Assembly (NCBI GenBank): GCA_002269645.1
Contig: NIVC01003767.1
Coordinates: forward strand, 1 to 64,000
Origin: Macrostomum lignano
Taxonomy: Eukaryota
Reading direction: 5' to 3'
DNA length: 64,000 bases
Part shown: positions 1 to 11,573 of the stretch, piece by piece
Position numbering within the stretch: position 1 is the first letter of the stretch
Layout of the letters: each line of letters opens with the position of its first letter
Notes under the pieces: model-generated
Told to the model about the DNA's origin: nothing
The model's database searches: none
What the model saw: only the letters and a program-made list of their open reading frames with translations
Made by a program: the position numbers and the translations under genes

Positions 1-525
1 CAGGGGATCCTTTGTGACTGTGAGCGAGGCTGACTTGCGACTTTGATTACTGAGAGTAGTATGAGGTGAACATGTACTGTCTATAGTTTAGATTGCTCAG
101 GGCGAAGGGACGCGTTAGCATGGGGTTGTAACCTTCCTACTGCCGTTCTGTGCCAAGACTCGCTAATCCCTCTACTGCGCGTACTACACGACCTCACAGC
201 ACGCACTCACAGGCGGGCTTTGCACGGGGAGAGGCCATTCGCTTACCCAAACTTCCTTATGCTTCGACACCCCGGGAGAAAGGCTTAGCAAGCCATGAGT
301 GAAATGGTGGTGAAAGAGTGAATGATGAGGTTAGTTAATAGTTAATAATTAGGCCCTTAGGCAAATAGTCAGGCAATTAGGCGGCTTCACTATTGAGTAA
401 AATACAGCAAGAGATACGGTATCACAATTGGCTCAGCCCTCTAATCAAGCAATGGAAAAATAGGCAAATCCCGGATAAGCAAAGGCAATAGAGCACAAAT
501 TAGTAATGAGGACTTACCGGCAGCT

Positions 526-529
<4 letters not shown>

Positions 530-604
<75 letters not shown>
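530..604. repeat. (AG)n microsatellite
   Basis: About 37 uninterrupted AG units; it generates the spurious SLSLSL ORF. Confidence 0.98.
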
Positions 605-608
<4 letters not shown>

Positions 609-899
609 TGGAGTGACCGGGGACGGCTGTAGGCTGTAGATAGGCAGACATTGAAGCGGCGATGCACTGAAGCGACGAGGCGCTGATGTAGATCAGGCGA
701 TGCTGATGATGCTGGGCGGTATCAGACCGCTGGCCGATAGGCGAGCTCACTTGAGGAGCAAAGGTAACTTGGCGGTATCAGACCGCGGACCGGAAGAGGT
801 TCGTCCTATAGACGAACCTGGTCAGATCAAGGTCTGACAGCAAGTCCACAGTAGGACGAGAAGGAACCCATCTGAGGATTCTCATGCCGAAAACCGCTT

Positions 900-1047
900 C
901 CTTATATAGCCTTCCCAGCCGCCGCTCCAAGGTCGTTTCCATGACTCTCTCTCTCTGATTGGCTGCCGGCAGAATGACGTCAGAATGAGTCATGATGAGA
1001 AGCACGAAAACGGCATAGCAACATGAGAAATGGGAGAATTGCGCAAT
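900..1047 (-). promoter_or_regulatory. Pol II promoter-like module firing leftwards
   Basis: On the minus strand: CTATATAA (902-909), CCAAT (958-962), CRE TGACGTCA (975-982), AP-1 TGACTCA (986-992), C/EBP-type palindrome ATTGCGCAAT (1038-1047). A downstream minus-strand donor G|GTAAGT lies at 517. Confidence 0.5.
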
Positions 1048-1804
1048 CCGGAGGTGGGGTGGGGGATAATTGGCGCAGCGGGAGGCCGAGAAAGTGTTGC
1101 GCAAGCAAACATTGAGAACAATGGGGCTGGGGTCGAGAACAAAGGAATTGGAATTCGGGGATAATTGGGGAGAATCGAGAACAATATAAAAGCAAACATT
1201 GGAGAAAAGGTGATAATTAGGTGCGAAAACGAGAACAATAGAAAGAGAAAATCGGAGAAAATGTGATAATTGGTGGGGGTAAAGAGGACAAAAGAATAAA
1301 AAACGAGAACAATAGAAGCGGAGGTGGGGTGGGTGTCGTATGAGAAATTTGGGGAGGAGAACAATAGCATGAGAAAAGGTTGCGCAAGGGAGGGGGATGA
1401 GTTATCGATGAGTCATCGAGGGGAAGAAGGGGTCACACAACTTGCGTCACCGTTTGGGAGTTTAAGAAGGGATGGGGTGACGGTGAGCGCACAAAATACT
1501 GTAAGTAGACGCAGAGAAAGGGGGGACAGCACAGGAAAATAGTGCGAAAAGGGGCAAAAAGAGGGGAGACAGGAAAAGTACACGAAGAATAGGGCGGAGC
1601 GCAGATGAGATAGGGTAGAGGGGGAAGTACAAAGAGGGAGGGGGAGCTCCGGAAAGGCAAGTGTGGCGGCAGGGGAGACGGAGCCAAGGCAGCAGGGGGT
1701 GCAGCAGAGCGGGAGTCTCCAGGCCTGGTCGAAGACCTGGCCGAGTCTCAACAGCTCTGTGCAGGGGGTGCACGGCGCGACTCATAAGTGAGCCTTGGTA
1801 TGTT

Positions 1805-2230
1805 AGCAATTTGCCCCAGGAGCCTTGAGCCTCAGCAATAAAGTAACTTCCTCATAAACTTTGAAATCTAAATTTCACCGAAAGCCTTGACCTGTGAGCA
1901 ATTCCCCGAAGAGCCAAATCATTGAAGTAATTCGCCCCAAGAGCCTTTAATCTTAGCAATTCCTCGATGAATCATTATTGACTGACACGACGATCGCTCT
2001 ATAATTGAGCTCTAACCATAACCTTAACCTGCAGCCGAGTCACAGCATTTCAGCACTCCTTTATAACTCAGCAATTTCACAAATGAAACTTTGAACCCAA
2101 GCAATTCTCCCCAGAATCACATCATTATAGCAATTCCCCCTAAGCCTAGAGATCATAGAAATTCTCCTATGAGCCTTGAATCAAAGCAATTTCCCATACC
2201 AGCCCTGACATCTTAGCAATTCCCATTGAG
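1805..2230 (+). repeat. Degenerate ~29-bp minisatellite (AGCAATTCCCC...AGCCTTGA)
   Basis: AGCAATT(T/C)CC recurs about every 28-30 bp, in two blocks. Confidence 0.7.
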
Positions 2231-2819
2231 TATTTTATGCTCGACAGACCGCTTCTTTTATGGTTGACATGGTGATTTTTTTTTGCTTTTTCTTGCGTTG
2301 AGTTTTCTTCTGTTTAAAGTAGCATTTATAAAAAAATTAGAGTGGTTCACCATCACTTTAGCAATGCTTTACCAGCAGTTTAGCAATGGTTCACCAGCAC
2401 TGTTCCGCAAAATCTGCGAGCAGATGGCCACTGATCTCCATATGCTACTCAATAATCGAAAGCATTTGAAATGTTTGCGATTTGCAGTTCAAATTTGATT
2501 TGCAATCCTCTAGCATATTTATTACTCCATTGTACGTCAGATTAGCACTGCTCACCCAGATTAGTAATACTCTTTGCAAAGGGTATTACCCTCTAGAAGA
2601 CTAACGCAGCTCCCAGCAAAAGTATCTTTAAATTTAAATGTTTACCATCTCCATGAATCTGCATAGGATACAATCATTATTGTCACAGGTTACAAAGATA
2701 AATTCTTTGCTTCAATGCAGACTCGAACTGCTGACATTCTGCTTAGCTTCTGTCGGATACTGCCTGCCTACTGCAGCTCTTGTACCCGGCTTGATGGATG
2801 GTGCTGTAATCGGCCTGAT

Positions 2820-3720
2820 GTCACGAGTAAAGGAGCTCAAGTTACACCAACGCCAAATGAAACGCCTAAGTGTTTTCCTTCGTTTTGGTGAGCAGAGGAA
2901 GTTCGGATCAGCGTTTTTGGTCGCGACTTGAAAAATCACCACATGTTCCAAGATTCAACTGCTGTACGATCGTTTGGCGGTTGGGTGAAGTCTGCGAATC
3001 CGACCTACAATTGCACTGACAACGAGTTCGAGATAACTTCGCCAGTAGACAAGAAAACGATATTCATGGCGACCCAAAAGAGCGAGCCTCAATCAGCCAG
3101 TGTGGTTTATAAAAAACGGCAACCTGTCTGCCGTTGCCATGTCTGCCGTTGCCATGAAAAAGTGTTATAAAATACATCGAATTTTTCATTACCGATGCAG
3201 TTTACTGTGCACTTTCTCGCTGCTTAAACAGAAAGGTTGACCTCGGAGGTGTAATCGAGAGCATCGAACCACCTAAGGAATTCCTGAAAAAAAGAACCCC
3301 CCGTCAACTTGGCCAAAATAACGCTGGTCGACGACTCAACATCCTATGTGTCCTACAGATTCTGGGCAAAACAGCTCGGCTCGGGTGAATGACTGGACCG
3401 TGGGCGACACCCTGGAAATTTAAGGGGTAGGTTCAAGAGTATAGCCAAGTGGTTGCGCTGAACTGCTCTAAAGAGAAAATTTGCTACCACCACGCCTCCG
3501 TTCTGACAGTTGTTTGAAAGAGGTGCTGTCTAGCGAGGAACGCTACGAGTCGATGTGTGTGACTCAAGCAGCTGGGCATGCGAGCCAAGATACACAATAT
3601 GTATTTGTGTTGCCGCATGTTTGCGGGCTACAATAGCATAAAAAATTTTGTAGTAACGAAGACCAATCCAAGATTCAAGTTGGAAAGAGATCGTAGAGGC
3701 AGCGCGTTGGCATTCCAAAG
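2820..3720 (+). pseudogene. Decayed RPA70-like multi-OB-fold gene
   Basis: Translated fragments VTSKG...EEVRISVFGRDL...GWVKSANPTYNCTDNEFEIT (DBD-A-like) and KVDLGGVIESIEPP...KITLVDDSTSYVSYRFW...WTVGDTLEI*GV (DBD-B-like), plus weak PRFKLE...GSA (DBD-C-like); stops and frameshifts present. Confidence 0.6.
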
Positions 3721-3842
3721 GACCACACGCCAAAAAGCTTACTTCAAAGCAGCTGATAGACATTTGAGAAAGTCGCCATGAAATTGTATTTACTGCGCAC
3801 CCAGTGGAACAAATGGAAACTATAGCAACCATAAGCAGCAGT

Positions 3843-4118
3843 GACCGAGATGACGGCCTACTCGTGACCAGCGATAGCGGCGGCGACAGCGGCCGAAATA
3901 GCGCCTTTTCCATGGCAACAGTTCCGTGACCGGCGGCAGCGGCGTTGGCCCCAATAACAGCATTTACATGACCGGCGGCGGTGGCCACAACAGCGGCATT
4001 TCCATGACCGGCGGCGGACGCAATAGCGGTATTTCAATGGCCGGCGGCAACAGTTCCGTGACTAGCGGCGGCGGTGGCCGCAATAGCGGCATTTCTATGA
4101 CCGACGGCGCCGTGACCA
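3843..4118 (+). repeat. GGC-rich degenerate minisatellite (unit ATGACCGGCGGC...AATAGCGGCATTTCC)
   Basis: Units of 15-42 bp beginning RTGACC/ATGGCC; reads MTGGG..NSGIS in one frame. Confidence 0.8.
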
Positions 4119-5004
4119 CCGTTTGCAGTTTTTTTGCTGATTCTTCTGTCAGGCGTAGCAGTGGCGAAGTGTCTATTAGTGTACAGAATACATGTACGTT
4201 TTAAAGCGTTGTCCTTTCGTAAAAATGAGTTGAAAAAAATTACCGTGCGCGTACGTCCTACTACTGTACATGTATGCGCTTCGGTTTTCACTTTTTCACT
4301 TCTTCCCACCATCGCCCACTTAGCTACATGCACAACTGCTACATACACTTTTCTGGCATCTTTCGTAGACCCGTACTCAATTTTTGAAGGAATGGTGGAT
4401 TTATCAACTGCTAAGAGCACAAGATATTACTGTTAGCAGAGAAACACTTTGCTAACTGAATCAAACAATCAAGCTGAAACTTAATGAAGGCCTTTTTAGA
4501 TGGGCATTAGCGGATATGCGCAGTTATGCGAGTAGGCAGTTTTACGTGTAGTTAAGGTTTTTTCCATTCTGTACATGTATTTAGTTTTCTGCTTCCTTTC
4601 TGTGCGTTGGTGGATAATGCCAAAACATTTACATGTATTTTTACAGTAGGATCTAGCCGATGGTTCACAGTTATTTGATGTCCAATGTCAGGCTGATGTG
4701 AATTATAGCATTGTGTATTAAAATGTGCACTTTTACTGAAGCGTTTTAGCATTGCTTTAAAATTTACATACTTTGATGTGGGTTACAAGTATGCTATAGT
4801 AAACGGGACGACTGTCAATAAAGTCTAATTGTTGAATTTTTGTAAAAACACATTTTAAATTTTTTTCTATTTTCATCGTAAACTAATTAAGAAGACTAAA
4901 ATAGTTTTTGCTATAAGTGAATCAGCATTGAAATTAATATCTCCATGTACAGATAAGTAATATACTAGTATATTACTGCCAGCACATAAAGGCCAATTTG
5001 TTGA

Positions 5005-5900
5005 TGGAGCTGCTAACTCAGAGAGGCCGTACAAAGCTGAAGCACAAAGGCTGTTACATAGTATGCTAAAGAGAGGGATCTGCAGGAGCCTGGGCAGTCA
5101 TCTTGGACTTGTGGTTAATGAGCGGTTGTATTGTCGTGGTCAGATTCGAGTGACTAATGGTGCGCTCATTCAGCTCATAGCGGAACAGTCATGCTCCCAA
5201 ATCATTCGAAAAGAGACTTCGGAGGCTTTGCTGAGTCAGGGATAGAGCAACCGGTACTGCAGAATCGACTAGATAGGTCGTTGCTGCTGCCACTGCTGAC
5301 ATGTTAAATGAATCTGCTGTTACCATCTCAGAGAATTTGAGATCGGACTTTTCAGGGCTAAGAAACACCCTGCTTGAAAATGGCGAGGAGTTCCTGATCA
5401 TAGATACTGGACCGGGTAACGATAGTATTGTCGCCTATGCAACACAGGCTAATCCAGTTACTTTAACGAGCAGCAGAGCTTTTCGTTGACAGTACTTTAA
5501 GGACAGCACCTGAACCTTCTGCACATGTGTACTCAATGCATGGAAAGGTACTTGGGAAAGTGCTTCCAATTGCTTTTTCCTTGCTGCCAAATTAGAGCCG
5601 TAGAATACATGACCGCCAATTTAAGGAACTAAAGAGGCTGCTGTTTCAGTTGAATACTCCTAGAATAATGTTAATTTTTAAAGCTGCTGCCATTGGAGCT
5701 TTGAGCGGAGGATTTGCACACGCTCAGCTCAGTGACTGTTTTTTTCATGCTTGCCAGTCCGTCTTGTGTAGAGTCCAGAGCTCAGGATTGCTACAATTAT
5801 ACAGCAGGATGCTAACATGCGAATCTGTACATGCTGATGCTGTCTGTACATGCTGACGCGGAACTTTGTTTTCGGCTTTCCAACGTGAAAATGTACGTTT
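5005..5900 (+). pseudogene. Mutator (MULE) transposase relic
   Basis: Fragments TQRGRTKLKHKG, FLIIDTG..DSIVAYAT, FVDSTLRTAP..VYSMHG..LPIAFSLLP, IMLIFKAAAIGA..CFFHACQSV..VQSSGL match the MULE DDE core layout; many stops and frameshifts; may extend to about 6400. Confidence 0.75.
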
Positions 5901-7308
5901 ATGAAACAAAAAATTCTGTCGGCGAAGTAAAAAAGTCGGGCCTACATAATCTACGTATTGATAAAATTATCTTTATTTTCTTATTTTCCTATTGATAAAT
6001 TGTTTTTTAATTTGTTTATTGGAGCTCATGTCTGAAAAATGTCACACAATTATTATTTTAGCAAATGTCTTCGAGCAATGCCGACAGTACTTTGCCCGTT
6101 CCTCTCCTTCATAAAAAGTTGGTACATTGTTGTCTTATGCTTTTAGTAAGTTTGTCGTCCGTAATTGAATTTTCTATTATTTTCTGATCATTATGCCATT
6201 AAGAAGTTTTTCTATAACGACTCCCCGTGGCGGTTCTGGCCGTCCTTAGTACGAAAAGTACTCTATGCACTGGCTAAATTGCCCTGTCGGTGGTCAATCG
6301 GATCATGCACCAAAACGGCTCAGGTTGGATCAACTCAAAGCCATTTGAGATACCAGAAAGACCTGCCAATGAGCAATAGAAAAATCTTTAGTATTTTAAA
6401 TGCAAATGCATGGTGCAAAACACGCCAATACAGTTCATAGCTAATCTGCATTGTTAGTACTTGACGCTGGAAGGTGACTATGAGCGGAGAAGCTGAACAT
6501 GTTATGTACGTGACTAAAAAAATTCACTGATATCACCAGGAAAAGCTAAATAGCTGCAGAAAATTTGTTACCATTTACGTTCGTCTCGTCACTCGTGTTT
6601 AAAAGGCCTCCTTTTGCGTATTCTGCTGGTGATTGTAGGCAGTGTATAAGCAACAGTGTATAAAAAGATATATTAGACTCACTGCTAATTTTACGCGAAG
6701 ATAATAAAAAACTGGCTCTTCTGAAGGAAATAGGTTAGTAGTATATGATCCTTCATAATTTGCTTGATTCCGTTCGCCCTTAGCACTCGCAGCACTCGTA
6801 GAGGATGATCATCGTAGCTCGTAGCGCGCGATTTCGGCTCGCGTCCATAGCAGCGCATAGATGAACAACTACGAGAGTCTTCTGACTTCAGCCAGGAACA
6901 AATTAGACTTTTCGTTAATTCGTGTGTACAATTGCAGCAAACTAACTGCTTGACGCTTCTTTGAGCGATCGGACTGGGCAGGTTCGTCACTGAATGGAAG
7001 TGCTTTAAATAGTTTCTAGGTCCAGCGCACAAGATGGCGGACAATTTGCACTGTGCTTACGAACAAGTTCTTCGCCTTGCCGACAACTTGCTGACAATTC
7101 TATTAAATGCACGATTCAGCTTCTGTCCGCTTTCTTACGCCTGGCGCTTTTCTGAGTTGGAGGACCTTTAAGCTATGAATCCCTGAAAAAAGTCGATAGT
7201 GTGTTGTTGGACGACAATCGGTCTGCATCTGATGGACTGTCTGCCGCTGAGGCTAGATCAGCCGCTTCTACCGATGACGGTGATACAATCGGTTTTCCAC
7301 GCTGACAG

Positions 7309-7486
7309 TGTCGTAGTTTGAACGAAGCTGTCGGCAAGGTTTATTCAAGCATAGGAAGTTATAACATAGGTGAGAGGCTGAGAACGAAAGCTTAAGAACG
7401 TATAGCTGGTTGCTACCATAGACATAAAAAGGATAAGATTGGGTAAAGTGCAACAACGCTAGCTCTAGCTAGCAGCCACTACCACA
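7309..7486 (-). repeat. 3' LTR (178 bp)
   Basis: Near-identical to 9570-9786 apart from a 39-bp segment. Confidence 0.93.
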
Positions 7487-7836
7487 TGTCCCCATCTGCA
7501 ACGGAAGACGATGGATAACGACGTCCGCAAGACAGTCAAACAAGCAAACTTTAAGAACTAGCTAGTAAACTTCGCAGTCAGTGAAATAACGCGATCACGG
7601 CTTACTCAGTCTGAGCCTATGGCACAAGGCGATTTGGGGGATTCCTCACCCTAGTGCTTCTTCTTGTCGGAGCGATCTCTGGGGGAATCTCCGGCATATA
7701 GTTTGTGGTTGTTGGTGAACTTCCTCTTCTTCCTCATCGGCTTCAGAGGCAGGAGCCAGCGAGCCGAATTGATTGTTTGAAGCCAGGTGTAGTTTGGCGC
7801 CCGTCAGCAGCCAGGAGGTATTGCGCCCTTGCGACA

Positions 7837-8830
7837 TCAGGAACTCAGCTCGAGAGCTGGTGGTGTCGCACCCTTGAACTGCACCGGGTCGCCCTGCTGG
7901 AAGGTGGAGACCACCGGAACCCGAAGTCGCCGTCCTAGCACGAGCTCGGCAGGGGTTCGTCCGCGTGAAGTTGAAGAATTGCGATGATGTAGCAGAGCCC
8001 TCTGCAAAAAAGCGATAAAGCTGCCATGTGTTAGACGCTGGGTCCATGCCTGCAGGGCCTTCCTGACAGTCTGGACGGTTCGCTCAGCTGCACCATTAGA
8101 TTGAGGGGAATATAGAGGGCTCTCCATCTTACGAGCACCGTTCTTTTCCAACCAGGCCAATAGTGGAGCCGAGGTGAACTCCGCTGCGTTGTCCGAAACA
8201 ACCAGCTCCGGAACACCAAAGCGAGTAAAAACCGTTCGCAGCGAGTTGATGACACTGTCTGCTGATCTGTCCTTTGTGGGGAAAGCTTCTATCCAGCCCG
8301 AGTACGCATCAACCACGATGAGAATGTTGCCAACGGCTGGTACAAAAGCCCAGTCCATGTGCACTCTTTGAAATGGAGCGGTGGCAGGTGGCCAAGTGTC
8401 CTGAGTTTTTTGTAGACGAGGTCTTAACTGAGTGCATGCCTGCATTGATGAACGAATTGCTCCACGTCCTTCTGCATACCGGGCCACCAACAGGTCTGTG
8501 CAAGCAACTTGTGCGCTGCGTTGGAACCCGTATGAGTGTCATGCACTGCGTCGAAGGCCTCTCGTCTGAGCCTTGGTGGAATGAATGCTCGGCGGCGCAT
8601 GTAGATCAGGCCATTCTCTAGGGTCAGGCATTCCGCGACTTTCTTAAAGGCTGCCTCTGCTTGTGTGCAGTCTCGCCAGTCACCAGACCGAATGCGGCGA
8701 ACTATTCGTTGAAGGAGTCTGTCTGACTCCATTTCGGATATTATTCTGTGTGGATCGATGGCTGGGGATTCAAACGCAACGCAGTTTACCGCCCAAAAGG
8801 TACTGCTAGGCTCAAGATCAAGAGCTAGCT
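7837..8830 (-). pseudogene. Gypsy integrase (HHCC zinc domain + DDE core), frameshifted
   Basis: HDTHTG...CWWPGMQKDVEQFVHQC in ORF 8424-8894; VHMDWA, IVVDAYSGWIE, VSDNA, SNGAAERTV, TPAELVLGRRLR in ORF 7837-8490. Confidence 0.92.
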
Positions 8831-9568
8831 TTGTTGCATCTGTTGAATGTCTTGCCGTAAGCCGGGCATTTGCCAGCTGGGTGAGATCTGCCACAAAACT
8901 TGCAGTCGCCTATGTGCCGTTCATGGGTCATGGTCACGCTACCGCCTCGATGCTGCCGATCTCCCTTCCCTGCGAAGTTGATGGAGTGTCCTTCTTGGGT
9001 AGGCTCTGTGTCAGCGTTTCGAAGATCCCTGCTGTCTACGAACTTCGTCACTTGTTCGATAGTCCTGACTATATCCACGATTTCGGTGATCTTCAAGTCT
9101 TTCGTTTGCATTGCTCCCAGAATGCGTCGTTGATCTTCTGGGTTCCGCAGGCCAGAGATGAGCATCAGACGTACCATTTCCTCCTCCGGGCTGGTGCAGG
9201 TTTTTAGAGCATCGAACTCGCAGTGCATGGCCCCCTTCCTTAAGCGAGAAAGGAACTCCGTAATGGGCTCATCGGCAGCTTGACGTAGCGTGAAGAATTT
9301 AGTTCTCTCAGCAACGACAAGGTGCTTTTGGGGTTGCAGAAAGTTCGTAATGGCAGTCTCCAGCTCCGCAAAGGTGTGTGCTTCCACTTCTTTCGGTGCG
9401 ACAAGATGAGTAACTTTTTCGAGAGCTGCTAGTCCACAGAGCGCTAAAAAGTTGTCCGTGATTTGTCGATCAGTTTCTTTATCTTCTCACTTCTTGGTTC
9501 GAGCCAAGGCTTTAAATGCCTTGATCCAGGTTAATGCATGAACCGTGTCAGCAAGATCCAGATTTCCA
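8818..9568 (-). pseudogene. Gypsy gag with zinc-knuckle-like end
   Basis: LVVAERTKFFTLRQAADEPITEFLSRLRKGAMHCEF and CKFCGRSH...CPAYGK; the frame extends upstream through one TGA to the LTR edge (GNLDLADTVHALTWIKAF). Confidence 0.85.
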
Positions 9569-9569
9569 T

Positions 9570-9786
9570 TGTCGTAGTTTGAACGAAGCTGTCGGCAGAG
9601 TTTATTCAAGCACAGGAAATTATAACATGAGGTATCATGTTATAGGTATCATGGTATAACATGATGTATCTGAGAGGCTGAGAACGAAAGCTTAAGAACG
9701 TATAGCTGGTTGCTACCATAGACATAAAAAGGATAAGATTGGGTAAAGTGCAACAACGCTAGCTCTAGCTAGCAGCCACTACCACA
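9570..9786 (-). repeat. 5' LTR (217 bp)
   Basis: Partner of 7309-7486; carries an extra foldback segment around 9621-9670. Confidence 0.93.
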
Positions 9787-10214
9787 GACAGCTCTTGTTC
9801 TTTTTGCTCTTGAGACCATCAAGCGACAGACTGGACAGGCGACATCGTTGGATTCGGCCGTTTTTAAGCTGAGTCAGTTAGACTTGCTGTAAAAAGGTTT
9901 ATAAAATTCTTAAGCTTCAATATGCTTGTTCACAGTTGCTTGCGTGAAGAATCATCTCTACGTGTCCTTCAAGTTACAAACCCAGTCTTATATAAAAGAC
10001 CATAGACACGTTGTTATCGTAACTTGTTTAGTTGAATGTGGGTGCTTACATGTAGACTATGGTCTTGTTGGCTGTGTGTACTTTGATAAAGAAGGTATTT
10101 TTTCTCTTTAGAATAGATAGTTATACTACATAGATATTATTTAAAAGTCACATCTTAATATCACAAAGTATTATTTAAAAGACACTATTGCTAAAACAAT
10201 GCTATTTTACACAC

Positions 10215-10700
10215 TTTCGACACTAATATTAAACCGACACTAATTTTCGACACTAATATTAAAGCGACACTAATAAAAAAGGACAGTTTAATTAAAACAA
10301 TACTAATAAAACGACAATTTTATTAAGACGACACTATTAAAACGACACTATTATTAAAAAGACACTATTAAAACTACACTAATATTGTTGTGTATAGACA
10401 AAACATTAAGCGGACTTTAGTTACTCTGCATGTCTATTGTCTAGGGTAGGACCTTTTATTTCCTTAAGAGCTGAATAATACAGTAGCGCAATGAGCAAGT
10501 GTCTGCATGCGCTCGCTAGAGACAAATATAAGCCGTGAACCGCGGTACTCCAAAAGAAAGCTTCGACTTATACTTATAAAACGACGCTACTATTAAAACG
10601 ACACTATTATTAAAATGACACAACCATTAAAACAACGCTTCTATTAAAACGACACTATTATTAAAACAACACTATTACTAAAACGATACTAATACACGTA
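10215..10700 (+). repeat. AT-rich degenerate tandem repeat (AAAACGACACTATTATT), two blocks
   Basis: CGACACTA motif recurs every 13-18 bp at about 10215-10383 and 10577-10695. Confidence 0.85.
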
Positions 10701-10739
10701 CGTTAGGTGATGTTGCAAAATTACTCCCGTTAGGTACAT

Positions 10740-11145
10740 ATGTAAACGCGCTCTTGCCAAAGGTGGTGTGATAAAGTGCTCTTGCCAATTTGCTATCGCC
10801 AAAGTGCTGTTGCCTAAATGCTCCCAATTATAACCGGCTGTCTATGGTGTACAATCTAATAGGAAAATCTATCACAGGTTTAAAATTATAGTAGTATTAA
10901 GCCGGCAAGACTATTAAAGCATGAGTATTATTAAAATAGCCGTATTATTAAAACTGACACGATTAAACTACATTCGCCAAAATGCGCAGGCTAAGGTGCT
11001 CTTGCCAAAATGCTCATATTAGATGCCGTCGCCAGAGTGCTCTCGCTAAAGTGCTCCCGTTAGTTACTGTTGCCAAAGTGCACTCGCCAAAGTGCTCCCG
11101 TTAGGTGCCTATGCCAACGCGCTCTGGCTAAAAAGCTCTCATAAG
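10740..11145 (+). repeat. Degenerate ~15-bp repeat (GCCAAAGTGCTC) with a conserved 55-bp flank
   Basis: CCAAAGTGCTC-like units at 10748-10825 and 10975-11140; 10827-10879 resembles 40748-40803. Confidence 0.65.
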
Positions 11146-11392
11146 GGTGTAGTACCCATAGATTTTATATTCCCTAGATAGGCCACTCTCAATGAATTCA
11201 ATAAGAAATGACAGACCACGCAAAGTGCAAGAAACATTTAATTAAGCCGAAAGCGTTTGAGACAAGTCTGAGGTCACTAGCTAAACGGACATAAACATAT
11301 TTTTGCCGCGGTTGCAAAAGTATTTGCAACAGACACAAAGTCAACCAGTCCTCGCGTCCTTGCGCTTTGCTATTAAACAAATTGAAGAATGA

Positions 11393-11573
11393 GTGCTGGA
11401 TTCGAGGAGCTGCTGTGTTTGGGGTTACGGCACGTATAAATTGTCTTCATCAATAAGTGATGGAGTCAACATCTCGCTGCACAACTTCCCTAAGAGTGAC
11501 TCTGCTGCCCAGACGTGGATTGATGCGTTAAGCGACCCCGAAGCCGCTTCTCAAGAATGTAAGGAAACATTAC
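11393..11573 (+). pseudogene. THAP zinc-finger relic interrupted by a DNA transposon
   Basis: SCCVWG...SLHNFPKSDSAAQTWIDAL matches the N-terminal THAP pattern (C-x2-4-C...LHxFP...W). Confidence 0.5.

Larger units (their letters stand above)
7309..9786 (-). mobile_element. Internally deleted Ty3/Gypsy LTR retrotransposon (gag + integrase only)
   Basis: Direct repeats TGT...ACA at 7309-7486 and 9570-9786; 5-bp TSD GACAG (7304-7308, 9787-9791); gag and integrase ORFs with no PR/RT/RH; purine-rich PPT-like AGATGGGGA next to the 3' LTR. Confidence 0.93.

Noticed and set aside
865-1012. CTGAGGA..GAAA and ATGATGA..GAAA hammerhead-like cores
   Set aside because: No helix II or III pairing.
980-1809. 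Several minus-strand ORFs rich in F/L/S/P
   Set aside because: By-products of a purine-skewed degenerate repeat region; no domain motifs.
6000-7050. Possible piggyBac or MULE C-terminal fragments and a Cys-rich minus-strand ORF (6691-7044)
   Set aside because: No diagnostic motif could be aligned with confidence.
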